A DNA stretch of 63,658 bases, the filler included, from Octopus bimaculoides (Eukaryota), in assembly GCF_001194135.2 (NCBI RefSeq). It is 10 parts of 10 records of this genome, joined end to end, with 100 filler letters (N's around TTAATTAATTAA, not from the genome) between each part and the next. Parts side by side here need not be neighbours in the genome. Positions count along the whole stretch, not along the records: positions 32,420 to 47,832 come from NC_068998.1; positions 47,933 to 55,656 come from NC_068986.1; 8 more parts are not named here. One strand, given 5' to 3'. Each line of letters begins with the position of its first letter. Within the stretch, counting starts at the first letter, position 1. Of the stretch, positions 39,180 to 51,847 are shown in pieces. The translations under genes and the position numbers were made by a program. The notes under the pieces were generated by a model. The model saw only the letters and a program-made list of their open reading frames with translations. It made no database searches and was not told the origin of the DNA.

Positions 39180-40022
39180 TAGCAGAAACGTAAGCGCGCC
39201 GGGCGAACTGCTTAGCGGTCTTTCGTCTTTCTTTAAGTTTTGAGTTCAAATTTCGCCGAGGTCGACTTTGACGTACAGATTATTCAATTAATTTTTTTAA
39301 CTAAACACTTTCAAACTTCCGATACTGGTAGAATATGTCACATAGAACAGGGTTTATTCTTAACGTTTTTGACAAAATTTTGTATTTTAGAAGCGATATT
39401 TCGTCTGTCTTTACGTTCTGAGTTCAAATTCTGCCGAGGGCGACTTTACGTGCTGGGGTCGATCTAATCGACTGGCCCCCGCCTCCCCCAAAATTTCGGG
39501 CCTTGTGCCTAGAGTAGAAAAGAATATTTTTGAAGGGTAAAACGTATAATGAAGCCTTTCGGTTGCTTCTTATTAGTTTATATCAAGGCGGAGAGCAGAC
39601 AAAATCGCTAGCACATTGAACAAAATGCTTTGCAGCATTTCTACCAACTTTACGTTCCGAGTTCAAATGCCACCGAGGTCGATTTTGCCGTTAATCCTTT
39701 TGGGGTCGATAAAATGAATACTACTTGAACACTAAGGTTATACAATTATCTAAACACCTCCTCCAAAATTCCAAGCCTTATGCCTGCAACAGAAAAATTA
39801 TTTCGTATCCAGACAGCGAATTGGTAGAATCATCAGCACGCCGGACAAAATGCTTAGTAACATTTCGTCCGTCTTTATATTCTGAGTTCAAATGCTGCAG
39901 AGGTCGACTTTGCCTTCCATCCTTTCAGAATCGATAAAATAAGTACCAGTTGAGCAATGGTTTCGATGTAATCGACTTACCCCGTTCCCTAAAATTACTG
40001 GACTTGTACCAAAATTTGAAAT
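39180..40022 (+). mobile_element. Cluster of four same-orientation SINE family A copies or fragments
   Basis: The gagttcaaat(t/g)...gaggtcgactttg motif occurs at about 39242, 39420, 39660 and 39884. Confidence 0.75.
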
Positions 40023-42062
40023 CATTATTTTGGAGTGCGTAAGTAAACTGGTGTCCGTCGGTTTCAGTGATGAGTATTCAATCAGTCAATGAAATCTGTT
40101 AATTGTATTAGCATGTAAGGAGTAGATGATTCTTCCCCCGGTGGAATCAACGTGACAAGACTGAACCTTTAAAAATTTCAAGTGATCCGATGCTACATTT
40201 AAAAAAAAGAATAAATAAAGAATCACTTATCCAACATCCCACCCAATGGAATCGAACTTAAGACATCATGATTGCAGAAACAAATTTCATAACTATTCGG
40301 TCATGCAGTTTATTTATACAACAGCGACAAGAACTGGCTAGGGTTCCAGTTGACCTGATCAACGGAATAGCCTGCTTGTGAAATAAACAATATAATAAGC
40401 AATCGTGCTAACACATGTGAACTTTGTACAATCGAAATAAGACGCACATTTTTCTACTTCCGCTTTATATAGATAAAAATTCCAATTTACAGCAGGTCTT
40501 TATTTATTTATTTATTTATTTTCCTAATATCTGTTTTTTGTTCTTTTTTTTATTATTATTTTGTTTTCGTTTCTTTCTATGCTATTTACGACGTTCTCTC
40601 AACCCAATTCACACTGGTCACACGGCCCACCTCGTAACTGACTGCTTTGTCTCCACCTCTTCTGATAACACGTGTTTATCCGTAGTATTTCGTCTCTTCT
40701 CACGTATGCTTAATTACCACCAACCTTTGGTTACACGTGTCTAATTGTTTGTCTCCGCCCCTTCTAGCTACACGTGCAAAATTGTTGCCTCGCCTTTCCC
40801 AACATTACGTAGTATACTTTTAATTGCAATTCAGTTGATGTAATAATGATAATATGTTCTCATGGAAAGTAATAGAAGAGCCTCGGACTAAATGTTTCAC
40901 AGAATTTAGTGTCGCCTCCTTCCACTTTTCCACCACATTACGCAATTCGAATGATTCATTCGCAAAGTTCCAGTTCGTTCTTTCGCTTTTCCATTCCAAA
41001 AGAAGTCCTCAAATCTTTAAGCGCCAGTCCCTTATTTTGTAGAAGCAGTACACAAAGACAAAGGAAAATGTGTATGTATTAGCGAATGTGATATAGATGG
41101 ATAGATAGATAGATCCACACACGCAGGTGTATGAAGAAAAATAGAGTGATAAAGAGAATCGAGGTTGTTCAAAAGAAATTCATTTATTTAAACCAATGAC
41201 AGTACAAAACCGAATTACATTATTGTTATCCTATTTGATGGTTTTTATCACGGTTTAGACAAATACGATGACGTCTTTTCCATTAAAAGAAAACTCATAT
41301 ATATTCGTATAGATAGATAGATAGATAGATAGATAGGATTCAGCACTTTAGGAAGTTGGCATTTCTGCTAATTCCAAAGACAGGCAAAAAAAAAAAAAAA
41401 GATTACATCACCATATAAAAAAAAAAATGAAAAACAAACAAAATGTTTCTAAATTATGATACACAGACCATCCGGTTTGAAATGAAATGAAAACAAAATG
41501 ATCGTGCACTTTTTTTGTTCCTGCAGATATGTGTTGATGTAATTAATTTATTTTTCTGACAATCGTTGATAAGTTATGAGTAATGCAAAACTCCTTTTAT
41601 TCTATTTTAATTCTTTATTGTCTACGTTAAGCATTTATTGTTATGCATTTCCTGACCCTTCCCTAATTTCGACGATAGGAGAATAAGCCATTTTATTACA
41701 TATTTGGGAATAAAAAGCGCAAAAGCAATGAAGTAGCATGCAGACCGCGCCCGATTATTTGGTTTTTATTGTTTATTTGTTTCAATTACACAAAAAACAA
41801 AAGACATTTTTGTCTACACACTCACACACTCACTCACACACGTGTGTGTGTGTATATATATATATAAAGTTAAGAATTTCAAATTATTCTGTAGTCTGCA
41901 GACGACCACAACATAACTATTAATAATATTTTATATCCATACACATTCTTTTTTCACTCAGTTCACTTTACTCATTTAATTCCATCGACCAATTAATTCT
42001 ATCTCGACATCAAACGTTCTCAAGCAGTCAGAGAAATCTTCTCAGGTAACAAGATACACTTC

Positions 42063-42125
<63 letters not shown>

Positions 42126-42282
42126 GTTTACCTATCTATCTGTTTATCTGTCTGTCTATCTGTCTGTTTGTCTGTCTGTCTATCTATCTGTCTGTCTATC
42201 TATCTATCTATCTATCTATCTGTTTACCTATCTATCTGTTTATCTGTCTGTCTATCTGTCTGTTTGTCTGTCTGTCTATCTG

Positions 42283-42319
<37 letters not shown>

Positions 42320-42330
42320 TTATCTATCTA
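42063..42330. repeat. Compound (TATC)/(TGTC) microsatellite with an internal ~100-bp duplication
   Basis: The block tatctgtttacctatctatctgtttatctgtctgtctatctgtctgtttgtctgtctgtctatc occurs twice (about 42121 and 42221). Confidence 0.9.
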
Positions 42331-44032
42331 TCAGCCTATATATTATCATTTAGTTGTTTCAATCATTAGACTGATGCCATGCCATAAAAACACCTTTAGC
42401 CGAATGAATCGACCCCAGTACTTTTTATTTTTAAGTCTTATACTTATTATATCGTTCTATCAGTTTCTTTTGCCGACCGCTAATGTTACAGAGACGTAAA
42501 CACGTCAACACTGGTTGTCAAGTGGTGGGGAGGTTTGACAAACGCACGCGCGCGCACACACACACACATATATTATACTTATTTATTACGATTTTACTTA
42601 TTAATTTTCTATATGTGACAGTGGATTTTCATTGATGAGTTCATGAACCTTGGTTCTTTTCCCTAAAACTATATATTTATATTTTATACTGTGAAACTTA
42701 ATTTAATTTTTTATTTCTAATAAATTGAATTGAAACTGAGTTTTTACCTGTAAATTTGGATTTTTATCCCTAATANNNNNNNNNNNNNNNNNNNNNNNNN
42801 NNNNNNNNNNNNNNNNNNNNNNNNNNNNNNNNNNNNNNNNNNNNNNNNNNNNNNNNNNNNNNNNNNNNNNNNNNNNNNNNNNNNNNNNNNNNNNNNNNNN
42901 NNNNNNNNNNNNNNNNNNNNNNNNNNNNNNNNNNNNNNNNNNNNNNNNNNNNNNNNNNNNNNNNNNNNNNNNNNNNNNNNNNNNNNNNNNNNNNNNNNNN
43001 NNNNNNNNNNNNNNNNNNNNNNNNNNNNNNNNNNNNNNNNNNNNNNNNNNNNNNNNNNNNNNNNNNNNNNNNNNNNNNNNNNNNNNNNNNNNNNNNNNNN
43101 NNNNNNNNNNNNNNNNNNNNNNNNNNNNNNNNNNNNNNNNNNNNNNNNNNNNNNNNNNNNNNNNNNNNNNNNNNNNNNNNNNNNNNNNNNNNNNNNNNNN
43201 NNNNNNNNNNNNNNNNNNNNNNNNNNNNNNNNNNNNNNNNNNNNNNNNNNNNNNNNNNNNNNNNNNNNNNNNNNNNNNNNNNNNNNNNNNNNNNNNNNNN
43301 NNNNNNNNNNNNNNNNNNNNNNNNNNNNNNNNNNNNNNNNNNNNNNNNNNNNNNNNNNNNNNNNNNNNNNNNNNNNNNNNNNNNNNNNNNNNNNNNNNNN
43401 NNNNNNNNNNNNNNNNNNNNNNNNNNNNNNNNNNNNNNNNNNNNNNNNNNNNNNNNNNNNNNNNNNNNNNNNNNNNNNNNNNNNNNNNNNNNNNNNNNNN
43501 NNNNNNNNNNNNNNNNNNNNNNNNNNNNNNNNNNNNNNNNNNNNNNNNNNNNNNNNNNNNNNNNNNNNNNNNNNNNNNNNNNNNNNNNNNNNNNNNNNNN
43601 NNNNNNCGGAAAAAATAAAATACGAAGAAGAAGAAGAAGAAGACATTAAATAATGACTACATTGTCTGAATATGTAAAGGCAGCCTGTTGATGACGGGAA
43701 CGCCGTTACTCCTGAGGGCTGCTAATTCGGGAATGAGGTGATGCTAAACAGCAGCAACAACAATCCAATCAACCTTCGCAACCTTCTTGTAAATTTTTCC
43801 GGTGCTCCAGCAATGAATCGTAATTTTGTTGCTCAGTCATATTTGCTTCGAATTGAAGAGAAATAATTCTGTCCACTAGTATTCCCTCTATACCAGAGAT
43901 CTTCAAACGACATCTTCAAATACCATCTCCATCCGTCAAAAATATAGGGAGTTATTTTTGTGTTTGGGGATGAGGAATCATTCACCCCCACCCCTCGTTA
44001 ATTTTGTTGAAATTTAGGCACAGGGCTGAAAG

Positions 44033-44170
44033 GAAAGAGCTGGCGGAATCGTTTGCACTCTGGACAAAATGATTAGTGATATTTCTTTCAGCTTTAAGTT
44101 CTGGGTGCAAATGCAATCGACTTTGCCTTTCATCATTTCAGGATCGATAAAATAAAGTACCAGTTGAGCT
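44033..44170 (+). mobile_element. SINE family A, partial
   Basis: gagctggcggaatcgtttgc...tcgactttgcctttcatcatttcaggatcgataaaataaagtaccagttgag. Confidence 0.7.
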
Positions 44171-44264
44171 CGTTTCCGTTGTCCTCAGATTTTGCTCCTT
44201 GAGTTTATTTGTTGAACTTGTCAAATTCGCCATCATCTCAGGTTTTACAGAGTTTTAATTTAGA

Positions 44265-44390
44265 CAAGCCCAATCAGTTTCTGATTGAATGACCTTCTTT
44301 GACTCAACGCAGGTTCGCGATTCCTGTAAAAAAGGTATAAAAAGGGGGAAAAAAACACCAATTCTTTCTGTGACTTTCAGACAGTTTGCT
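44265..44390 (+). promoter_or_regulatory. Candidate core promoter of the LPMO gene
   Basis: CCAAT 44270-44274, TGACTCA 44300-44306, TATAAAAA 44336-44343 and Inr-like CCAATTC 44358-44364. It lies 1.2 kb upstream of a coding exon whose acceptor requires an upstream UTR exon. Motif match only. Confidence 0.35.
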
Positions 44391-45579
44391 TCTATCATTT
44401 CGCTGAGATTTCGTTTTCAAACACACACACAAACAAACAATTCTTTTCTTTCGCGTGAGACTTGCTCTCTTTATCTCCCTCCTTTCCCACACTTAGTAGC
44501 AGACAACTATCAAGAGTGGGCAAGAGGTTTTTGATGCGAGCACACCGTTATCTACTCTACTAATTTTTGAGTTGTCGTCCAACTCATCGCAGTTGTGATA
44601 TATGTATAGACTATCTTTCATTTCTAAAAATTACTAGAAATTATTGTCACACTTCATTGGTTACATCTCTACTTGTCATATCCTTGTTACATCTAATAAT
44701 AATCTGTGTACAAACGTTGAACCTTTGTATAGAATAGCTAACGCTGATCCCATGGTATTTCTGTTATTTCTTTCTACCCTTCACAGACTTGGACTCTCGA
44801 TTGATCTGGTATAGAATTAACTATTGGTGTAACTTCCATTCAAATGTTTTGTAGGATTTAGTAACGATTGCTTTCTACTAAGTTATTCTTGATGTTTAGC
44901 ACCGGGTTGACTCTCACCGGGCAAACCTTAGATCAAAGGCGTTTTATGTTATAGCCATCACCTTCCTATTTCAAGGAATAGTGTACCCCACACTGCAATC
45001 ACCGAATGTAACCTTTTCTCAGATAGCGCGATAGGGTATGATTTGAGGGATATTCCGTTTCTATTTCTGTAAGAGGTTTGGTACCGCATAGAAGCTCTCT
45101 CAGTGGATTGCTTTTAATAAGTTTCCTTAAACACATTCTAACATATTTAATGCAAATAAGGCAAGACAGAATTCTTAATGAATTTAAAATTACACTCTTA
45201 ATGGGAAGGAAAATCATTAGCGCTAATAAGCAAAGGGGATAACTCAAAAATTTTGATTGATTAAGAATTAAATGGAGCCGTGTAATGAAGGCAGAGACTG
45301 ACCTTTACTAAGTATGACAACTTTGGATATGTTTCGGTATTATTAGACCTTCTCGGCGAATAATCTACTTTGTACTTAGCAGATCTTAGAATGACTCTAA
45401 AAAAATATAGTTTGTATGCGCAAATTCTTTACTGATTATGTAATTTACCATAATGATATTAGAAAAATTTTCCAGTTTGTATAACTTGTTTTTAGCGAAT
45501 ACTAAATTAAACGATTTATTTTTTCTTCAGATTTTTAACGAAGAAACTGCATATTACGTTACGAAAACCGAGCGTAACA

Positions 45580-45768
45580 ATGTCGCGCACAAAGAATATA
45601 TCACCATATATCTCACTACAATTATTACTTGTACTCGTTGTCGTGTACTACGTCGAAGGACATGCACGTCTCCTGCGACCGCCATCGAGAGCCTCACTGT
45701 GGCGTTTAGGCTATGTAGTGAGAAACAACAATTACAATGACAACGAAGGTTACTGTGGTGGAAGAGAG
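45580..45768 (+). CDS. First coding exon of a secreted AA15-family lytic polysaccharide monooxygenase (chitin-binding type-4-like), partial
   Basis: 27-aa signal peptide ending VEG, then His28 (CAT 45661-45663): HARLLRPPSRASLWRLGY...NYNDNEGYCGG, matching the AA15 N-terminus HGRLxxPPSRxSxWRxGF...NYNDNExxCGG. Acceptor ttttcttcag| at 45530 and phase-0 donor GAG|GTAAGT at 45769. Confidence 0.88.
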
Positions 45769-45834
45769 GTAAGTAATTGCTAACAGTTCCCTTTCTCTTG
45801 TTTGTTTGTTTCTCTTCCACTCCCTCTACCTCGG

Positions 45835-45890
<56 letters not shown>

Positions 45891-46258
45891 CCTTCCCCTT
45901 CCCAAAAAGAAAAGCTCTACATTGTATTTGTCCCATCTTCGTTGAGCCCTGTGTGGCTAATAAAAGAAATGTATCTACCTACCTACCTTTATCCATCTCT
46001 TTCTCTCTGTTCAATAACCCATTTAGGGGTAATTTATAGGTTATTGCGATGTTGTTTTAGGTCGTTTTACTGACTTTCATTATTATGTAATAGAACTACA
46101 CATGTGATGGTATCCCACTGTTTGTAATACAGTGAGTTGAAACAACTTCCATTAGCTGATTTTATCCAAACAATTTGCAGACGATAATTCCTTGTAAGAT
46201 TATTTAAAAATCTAAAAACAACAAGCAAGAGTGATGATTTTTAATCTCTCTCTCTCTC

Positions 46259-46626
46259 TTGGCACTCCGTCGCTTACGACGTCGAGGCTTCCAGTTGATC
46301 CGATCAACGGAACAGCCTGCTCGTGAAATTAACGTGCAAGTGGCTGAGCACTCCACAGACACGTGTACCCTTAACGTAGTTCTCGGGGATATTCAGCGTG
46401 ACACAGTGTGACAAGGCTGACCCTTTGAATTACAGGCACAACAGAAACAGGAAGCAAGAGTGAGAGAAAGTTGTGGTGAAAGAGTACAGCAGGGTTCGCC
46501 ACCATCCCCTGCCGGAGCCTCGTAGAACTTTAGGTGTTTCGCTCAATAAACACTCACAACGCCCGGTCTGGGAATCGAAACCGAGATCCTATGACCGCGA
46601 GTCCACTGGGCCATTGCGCCTCCACG
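46259..46626 (-). mobile_element. SINE family C with target-site duplication
   Basis: Reverse complement of 14508-14884; flanked by gatgattttt(t)aat at about 46233 and 46626. Confidence 0.88.
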
Positions 46627-47038
46627 ATGATTTTTAATAACAACCATTAAGTGAACTTTTTGAAATACATAGACAGTACAAAAAAAGTGGGTCTTGTCTT
46701 TAATGACAACTAGTGAAACCCAACGGACATGTTTCAATCGTATCAAACGTCTTCAATGAACCATACTCTACTTAGAGAAGCTTTGAAATGGTCAGTATGT
46801 ATCTATAGAAACAGAGGGAAAGTAAAGCTGATTGTTCTGATTACGATTATCAGGAATGTGGCTGTGAGTCAGTAACTCAGAGGAGGGTTCTGTATTCTAA
46901 ATACAAACATACTTGAGTCTCACATGTGTAATATAGTGAGTTCAAAACCTTCAAGTAATTGACGCAGTCAGTAGACAAAACCCGTCTCTCTTCCCTTTTC
47001 TCTTTGTCTCCCTTTCTCCCCTTTTCTTCGCCTTTTCA

Positions 47039-47077
<39 letters not shown>

Positions 47078-47932
47078 CCTCTCTCTCCCTCTCTCATGAG
47101 TATATCTCATTTGATACCAACCCGCCTGAGACTGTTCTTAGCCTCCTATGACACGAACTTATTGTTTTGAAGTGATTTGATTTAAAATCTTCATGATGAT
47201 TTATGATAATTTATGTTCAAAACGCCAGCTTAATAATCACGATTATTTTACTAAACTCTTCGCTATTTTCAAAAGTAATTGAAACAAAGGTTGTGTACGT
47301 CACCAAAAATATGGTAGCGAAAGAGTTAGAAATCTAAATTCAACAATGAATAACTCAAAAAAGTCAATCAATTGAAATACGTTTGTATAACCGTTTAATT
47401 GGCACGTTGCAGAGAGTTGTGCCGAGCGGTGTCACTGTAGCGTGCGGTCTACCTGGCCAAACCACTGAAACAATAATTTAACGATCATCGTTTATAGTAC
47501 AGAGCTACTTTTTATTACACGACTTATCGCACGAAATCAGTAGTTATTAAGCCGTGTGCTACGGTGTACTCGTGCGTTGCGAGCTGTGGTATCTAGGTGC
47601 GTCGTTGATTTTTAGAGGTATAAATTAGAGTTTTTGGAAATTAATACAAATGTTCCACTGTCTTGAAAAACTTGTTCTTGATTTTGTTATAAAAAAAAAA
47701 TGTGATTAATAAAACAAAAGTTTAAAACTTTCTCTGGAAGCGCAGCCATGGCTGTGTAACAAGAAACTTGTTTCCCAACCATAGAGTTTTGAGTTCAGTC
47801 CTGTTTTGTGGTACTTTGGGCGTCTTCTACAANNNNNNNNNNNNNNNNNNNNNNNNNNNNNNNNNNNNNNNNNNNNTTAATTAATTAANNNNNNNNNNNN
47901 NNNNNNNNNNNNNNNNNNNNNNNNNNNNNNNN

Positions 47933-48005
<73 letters not shown>

Positions 48006-48594
48006 GTAGATATAAACACCTTTTCGACATATGAAAACTACAGTTAAGGCCATTAAATTCCTTGCTCTCACAATATTAGATCATCTCATATGGTAACTTC
48101 GCATATATAACATTATCAAAGTTTTAGGGTTAAAAAAACACTTTGCTCCAGCCCAATCGTTCCCCTTGCATTAAGCTGAGATAAGACCTGCTTTATAGGA
48201 TTGGTTCATCCACCATCCGAGACAGTGTTGTCACTATGTATGCAAACATCATAAACCATATCTGAACGATACTATATCAAGTTGATTGAGCAAAATGTCA
48301 CTCATTAAAACACTCTGATTACCAACCAACATATACACTGTGCGTTCTTTCTCCTTCCTCTCCCTACAACACCATCCTCTACTCCACTGAAGTAGTATAT
48401 TGTGTACTGCCTTCTATCTGCCTCACTTTTTTTTGCTTTTTAGTCTTTCTCCCGTAATCTGTATTTTGTATTACTTCCCACTTCAGGCTTTATAGCAAAG
48501 GCTTCATACTCTTTTCTCTCCAGAAATGCCACCCTCTGAAATAAACTCCCTGCCACGTTTTTTTTTTTTTTTCGTACGTGTATAACGTTATAGA

Positions 48595-48996
48595 GTGGAG
48601 GCGCAATGGCCCAGTGGTTAGGGCAGCGGACTCACGGTCATAGGATTGCGGTTTCGATTCCCAGATCGGGCGTTGTGAGTGTTTATTGAGCGAAAACACC
48701 AAAAGCTCCACGAGGCTCTGGCAGGGGATGGTGGTGAACCCTGCTGTACTCTTCCACCACAACTTTCTCTCACTCTTACTTCCTGTTTCTGTTGTGCCTG
48801 TAATTCAAAGGGTCAGCCTTGTCACACTGTGTCACGCTGAATGTTCCCCACGAGAACTACGTTAAGGGTACACGTGTCTGTGGAGTGCTCAGCCACTTTC
48901 ACGTTAATTTCACGAGCAGGCTGTTCTGTTGATTGGACCAACTGGGACCCTCGACGTCGTAAGCGACGGAGTGCCAACAACAACAACAACAACAAC
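48595..48996 (+). mobile_element. Full-length SINE family C with 11-bp TSD
   Basis: Complete tRNA-like head and (CAA)n tail; aacgttataga at 48584-48594 and 48994-49004. Confidence 0.92.
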
Positions 48997-49212
48997 GTTA
49001 TAGAAGTTGAGTTGGACATCAACGTCAGTGATTCTGTCGGTAGAAGCTAGAATGCCAATCCTTTCTTCCGATTAAATAAGAATTAAAGTATAGAAAGAGT
49101 AGGAAGAAAGACTGAGTTCCATATTCTTTCATTCTTGGAAATCCTCTTAGCCCTTTGTGGAGCACAGGGCCGGTTTCCCGATTTCCATGGCGTATGTGTC
49201 GTCGTCCCCCCG

Positions 49213-49364
49213 GGACGCCAGTTCATCGCAGCTTTTTACTCAAGAAACAGGAAGAAAGAGTGAGAGAAAGTTGGGGCGAAAGAGTACAACAGGGGTCGCC
49301 ACCACCCTCTGCCGGAGCCTCGTGAAGCTTTTAGGTGTTTTCGCTCAATAAACACACACAACGC
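49213..49364 (-). mobile_element. SINE family C, partial (runs into gap)
   Basis: caagaaacaggaagaaagagtgagagaaagttg...aggtgttttcgctcaataaacacacacaacgc. Confidence 0.8.
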
Positions 49365-50235
49365 NNNNNNNNNNNNNNNNNNNNNNNNNNNNNNNNNNNN
49401 NNNNNNNNNNNNNNNNNNNNNNNNNNNNNNNNNNNNNNNNNNNNNNNNNNNNNNNNNNNNNNNNNNNNNNNNNNNNNNNNNNNNNNNNNNNNNNNNNNNN
49501 NNNNNNNNNNNNNNNNNNNNNNNNNNNNNNNNNNNNNNNNNNNNNNNNNNNNNNNNNNNNNNNNNNNNNNNNNNNNNNNNNNNNNNNNNNNNNNNNNNNN
49601 NNNNNNNNNNNNNNNNNNNNNNNNNNNNNNNNNNNNNNNNNNNNNNNNNNNNNNNNNNNNNNNNNNNNNNNNNNNNNNNNNNNNNNNNNNNNNNNNNNNN
49701 NNNNNNNNNNNNNNNNNNNNNNNNNNNNNNNNNNNNNNNNNNNNNNNNNNNNNNNNNNNNNNNNNNNNNNNNNNNNNNNNNNNNNNNNNNNNNNNNNNNN
49801 NNNNNNNNNNNNNNNNNNNNNNNNNNNNNNNNNNNNNNNNNNNNNNNNNNNNNNNNNNNNNNNNNNNNNNNNNNNNNNNNNNNNNNNNNNNNNNNNNNNN
49901 NNNNNNNNNNNNNNNNNNNNNNNNNNNNNNNNNNNNNNNNNNNNNNNNNNNNNNNNNNNNNNNNNNNNNNNNNNNNNNNNNNNNNNNNNNNNNNNNNNNN
50001 NNNNNNNNNNNNNNNNNNNNNNNNNNNNNNNNNNNNNNNNNNNNNNNAAATAAATGGAAAACACCTGCCAAGCCGCCATACTCATTACTAAATTATATAT
50101 TCACCTTTCCATTTTGTTGATGTAACTTAAAGTATCAATCTGACTAGTCAATGTGAGCTTGGAAAGGTCGGGGGTACTGTCCCTATTTGACAAACACTTT
50201 TTTAGATGTCTTTGTAAGATGTGAGAGAGCGGGGA

Positions 50236-50297
<62 letters not shown>

Positions 50298-50643
50298 GTG
50301 TGTGTGTGAGAGTGAGAGAGCGTGTGGGTGGGCGTATGTATGAGTGTGTAAATGTGAGTGTAAATGTGTCTGACTGCGTGAGTAAATGTGTGTTTGAATG
50401 AGTGTGTGTGCATGTGTGTGTTTGAATGAGTGTGTGTGTTTGAATGAGTGTGTGTGTATGTGTGTGTGCTTACCTGTTTTGGGGTACGAGACGTTTTGGC
50501 ACATCTGCTTTAAGGGTCTTGTTTGGCCTTGCCGATTCGACACTGACTTATTTGACAACAGATGTTTTAATGTTTCTCAGGTTCTCTCCCTCCACTCGTC
50601 TTCTCTCTCTCCGTCCTCTCTCTCTTTCTCTCTCTCCCTCTCC

Positions 50644-50700
<57 letters not shown>

Positions 50701-51569
50701 CCTCTCTCTCTGTTTATGTGTGTGAACATATTCCTTTTTATGTATATAAGGAGAGAGAAAATGTTTAAATCAATTGTGTTCAATTAAATTGCAATGTTTT
50801 TCTCTCCCTCTTTCTCCCTCTCTTCATCTGTCTATGTATCTATCTATCTATCTATCTATTTATATGTTTGTCTGTCTGTCTCTCTCTCACTCTTTCAATC
50901 TCTATGCATATATTTCTATGCACGTGCGCAAATGTGCTTCCTTCCAGCGCCAAAACGTGCTGTCGCCAAATCAGGCCGAATGTCCAGTCAGCCGTGCCAT
51001 ATCATTGGCGTCCATACCAGCTCCGCCCACTCGTCTCTTTCAGGTGTGTATGTTCGAAGAGAAGATGAAAATATTTGAAGTAACATCAGTAGAGATAGTT
51101 ACGTCTTTGAGAATTAGATTTTGTGAGGTTTCAGATGAAATTTCTTCATAGCCAGATGAGTCAAGGTGAAATTATATATTTGCTTTCGCATTTTTTATGT
51201 GCGGGAAATTATAGGCAGCGCAATGCAAAATATTCCGGTATTTCTTATTAAGAAAACTTTTTCACGGTTAATTAATGGCTACTAAGATTGAAAGCAGAAG
51301 TTGCTTGTTTGATATTAAAAAGAAAGGAAAACGAAAATATATAATCGAATGTATTAATGGAAGGTGGGGATTATAGTTTTTATTGATGTGAAGAAGATAG
51401 CCAAATAGATATTAGTTGCCTTGAAGATGCCTAAATTTATAAAAATGGATTAGGAAAGAGTTCCAGGTTATATTGCAACATTGCGATCATGAAGGAAATT
51501 GCTTAATCTAAGTTTAGGTAATCCGGAGTAAAAATACAAGTCAAATCTAGCTCAGAGATTTTCATTCCA

Positions 51570-51788
51570 ATAAGGTATGGCTGTATGGTTAAGAAACTGT
51601 ATGGTTAAGAAACTGTATGGTTAAGAAACTGTATGGTTAAGAAACTCGCTTTGCAATCTCGTGGCTTCAGGTTCAGTTCCGCTTCGTAGCACTTTGTGCA
51701 TGTGTCTTCTGCTATAGCCTCCGGACTGACCAATGCCTTGCGAGTGAATTTGTTAGGCAGATTCTGTGTGGAAACCGCTCGTATGTAT

Positions 51789-51847
<59 letters not shown>

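Noticed and set aside
47395-47620. CpG-rich patch inside the LPMO intron
   Set aside because: No ORF, terminal repeat or recognisable motif set; cannot be assigned without a database search.
48595-48670. tRNA-gene-like cloverleaf heads (also 14508, 46560 and family A/B heads)
   Set aside because: They continue into shared SINE bodies with tails and TSDs, so they are SINE heads and not tRNA genes.
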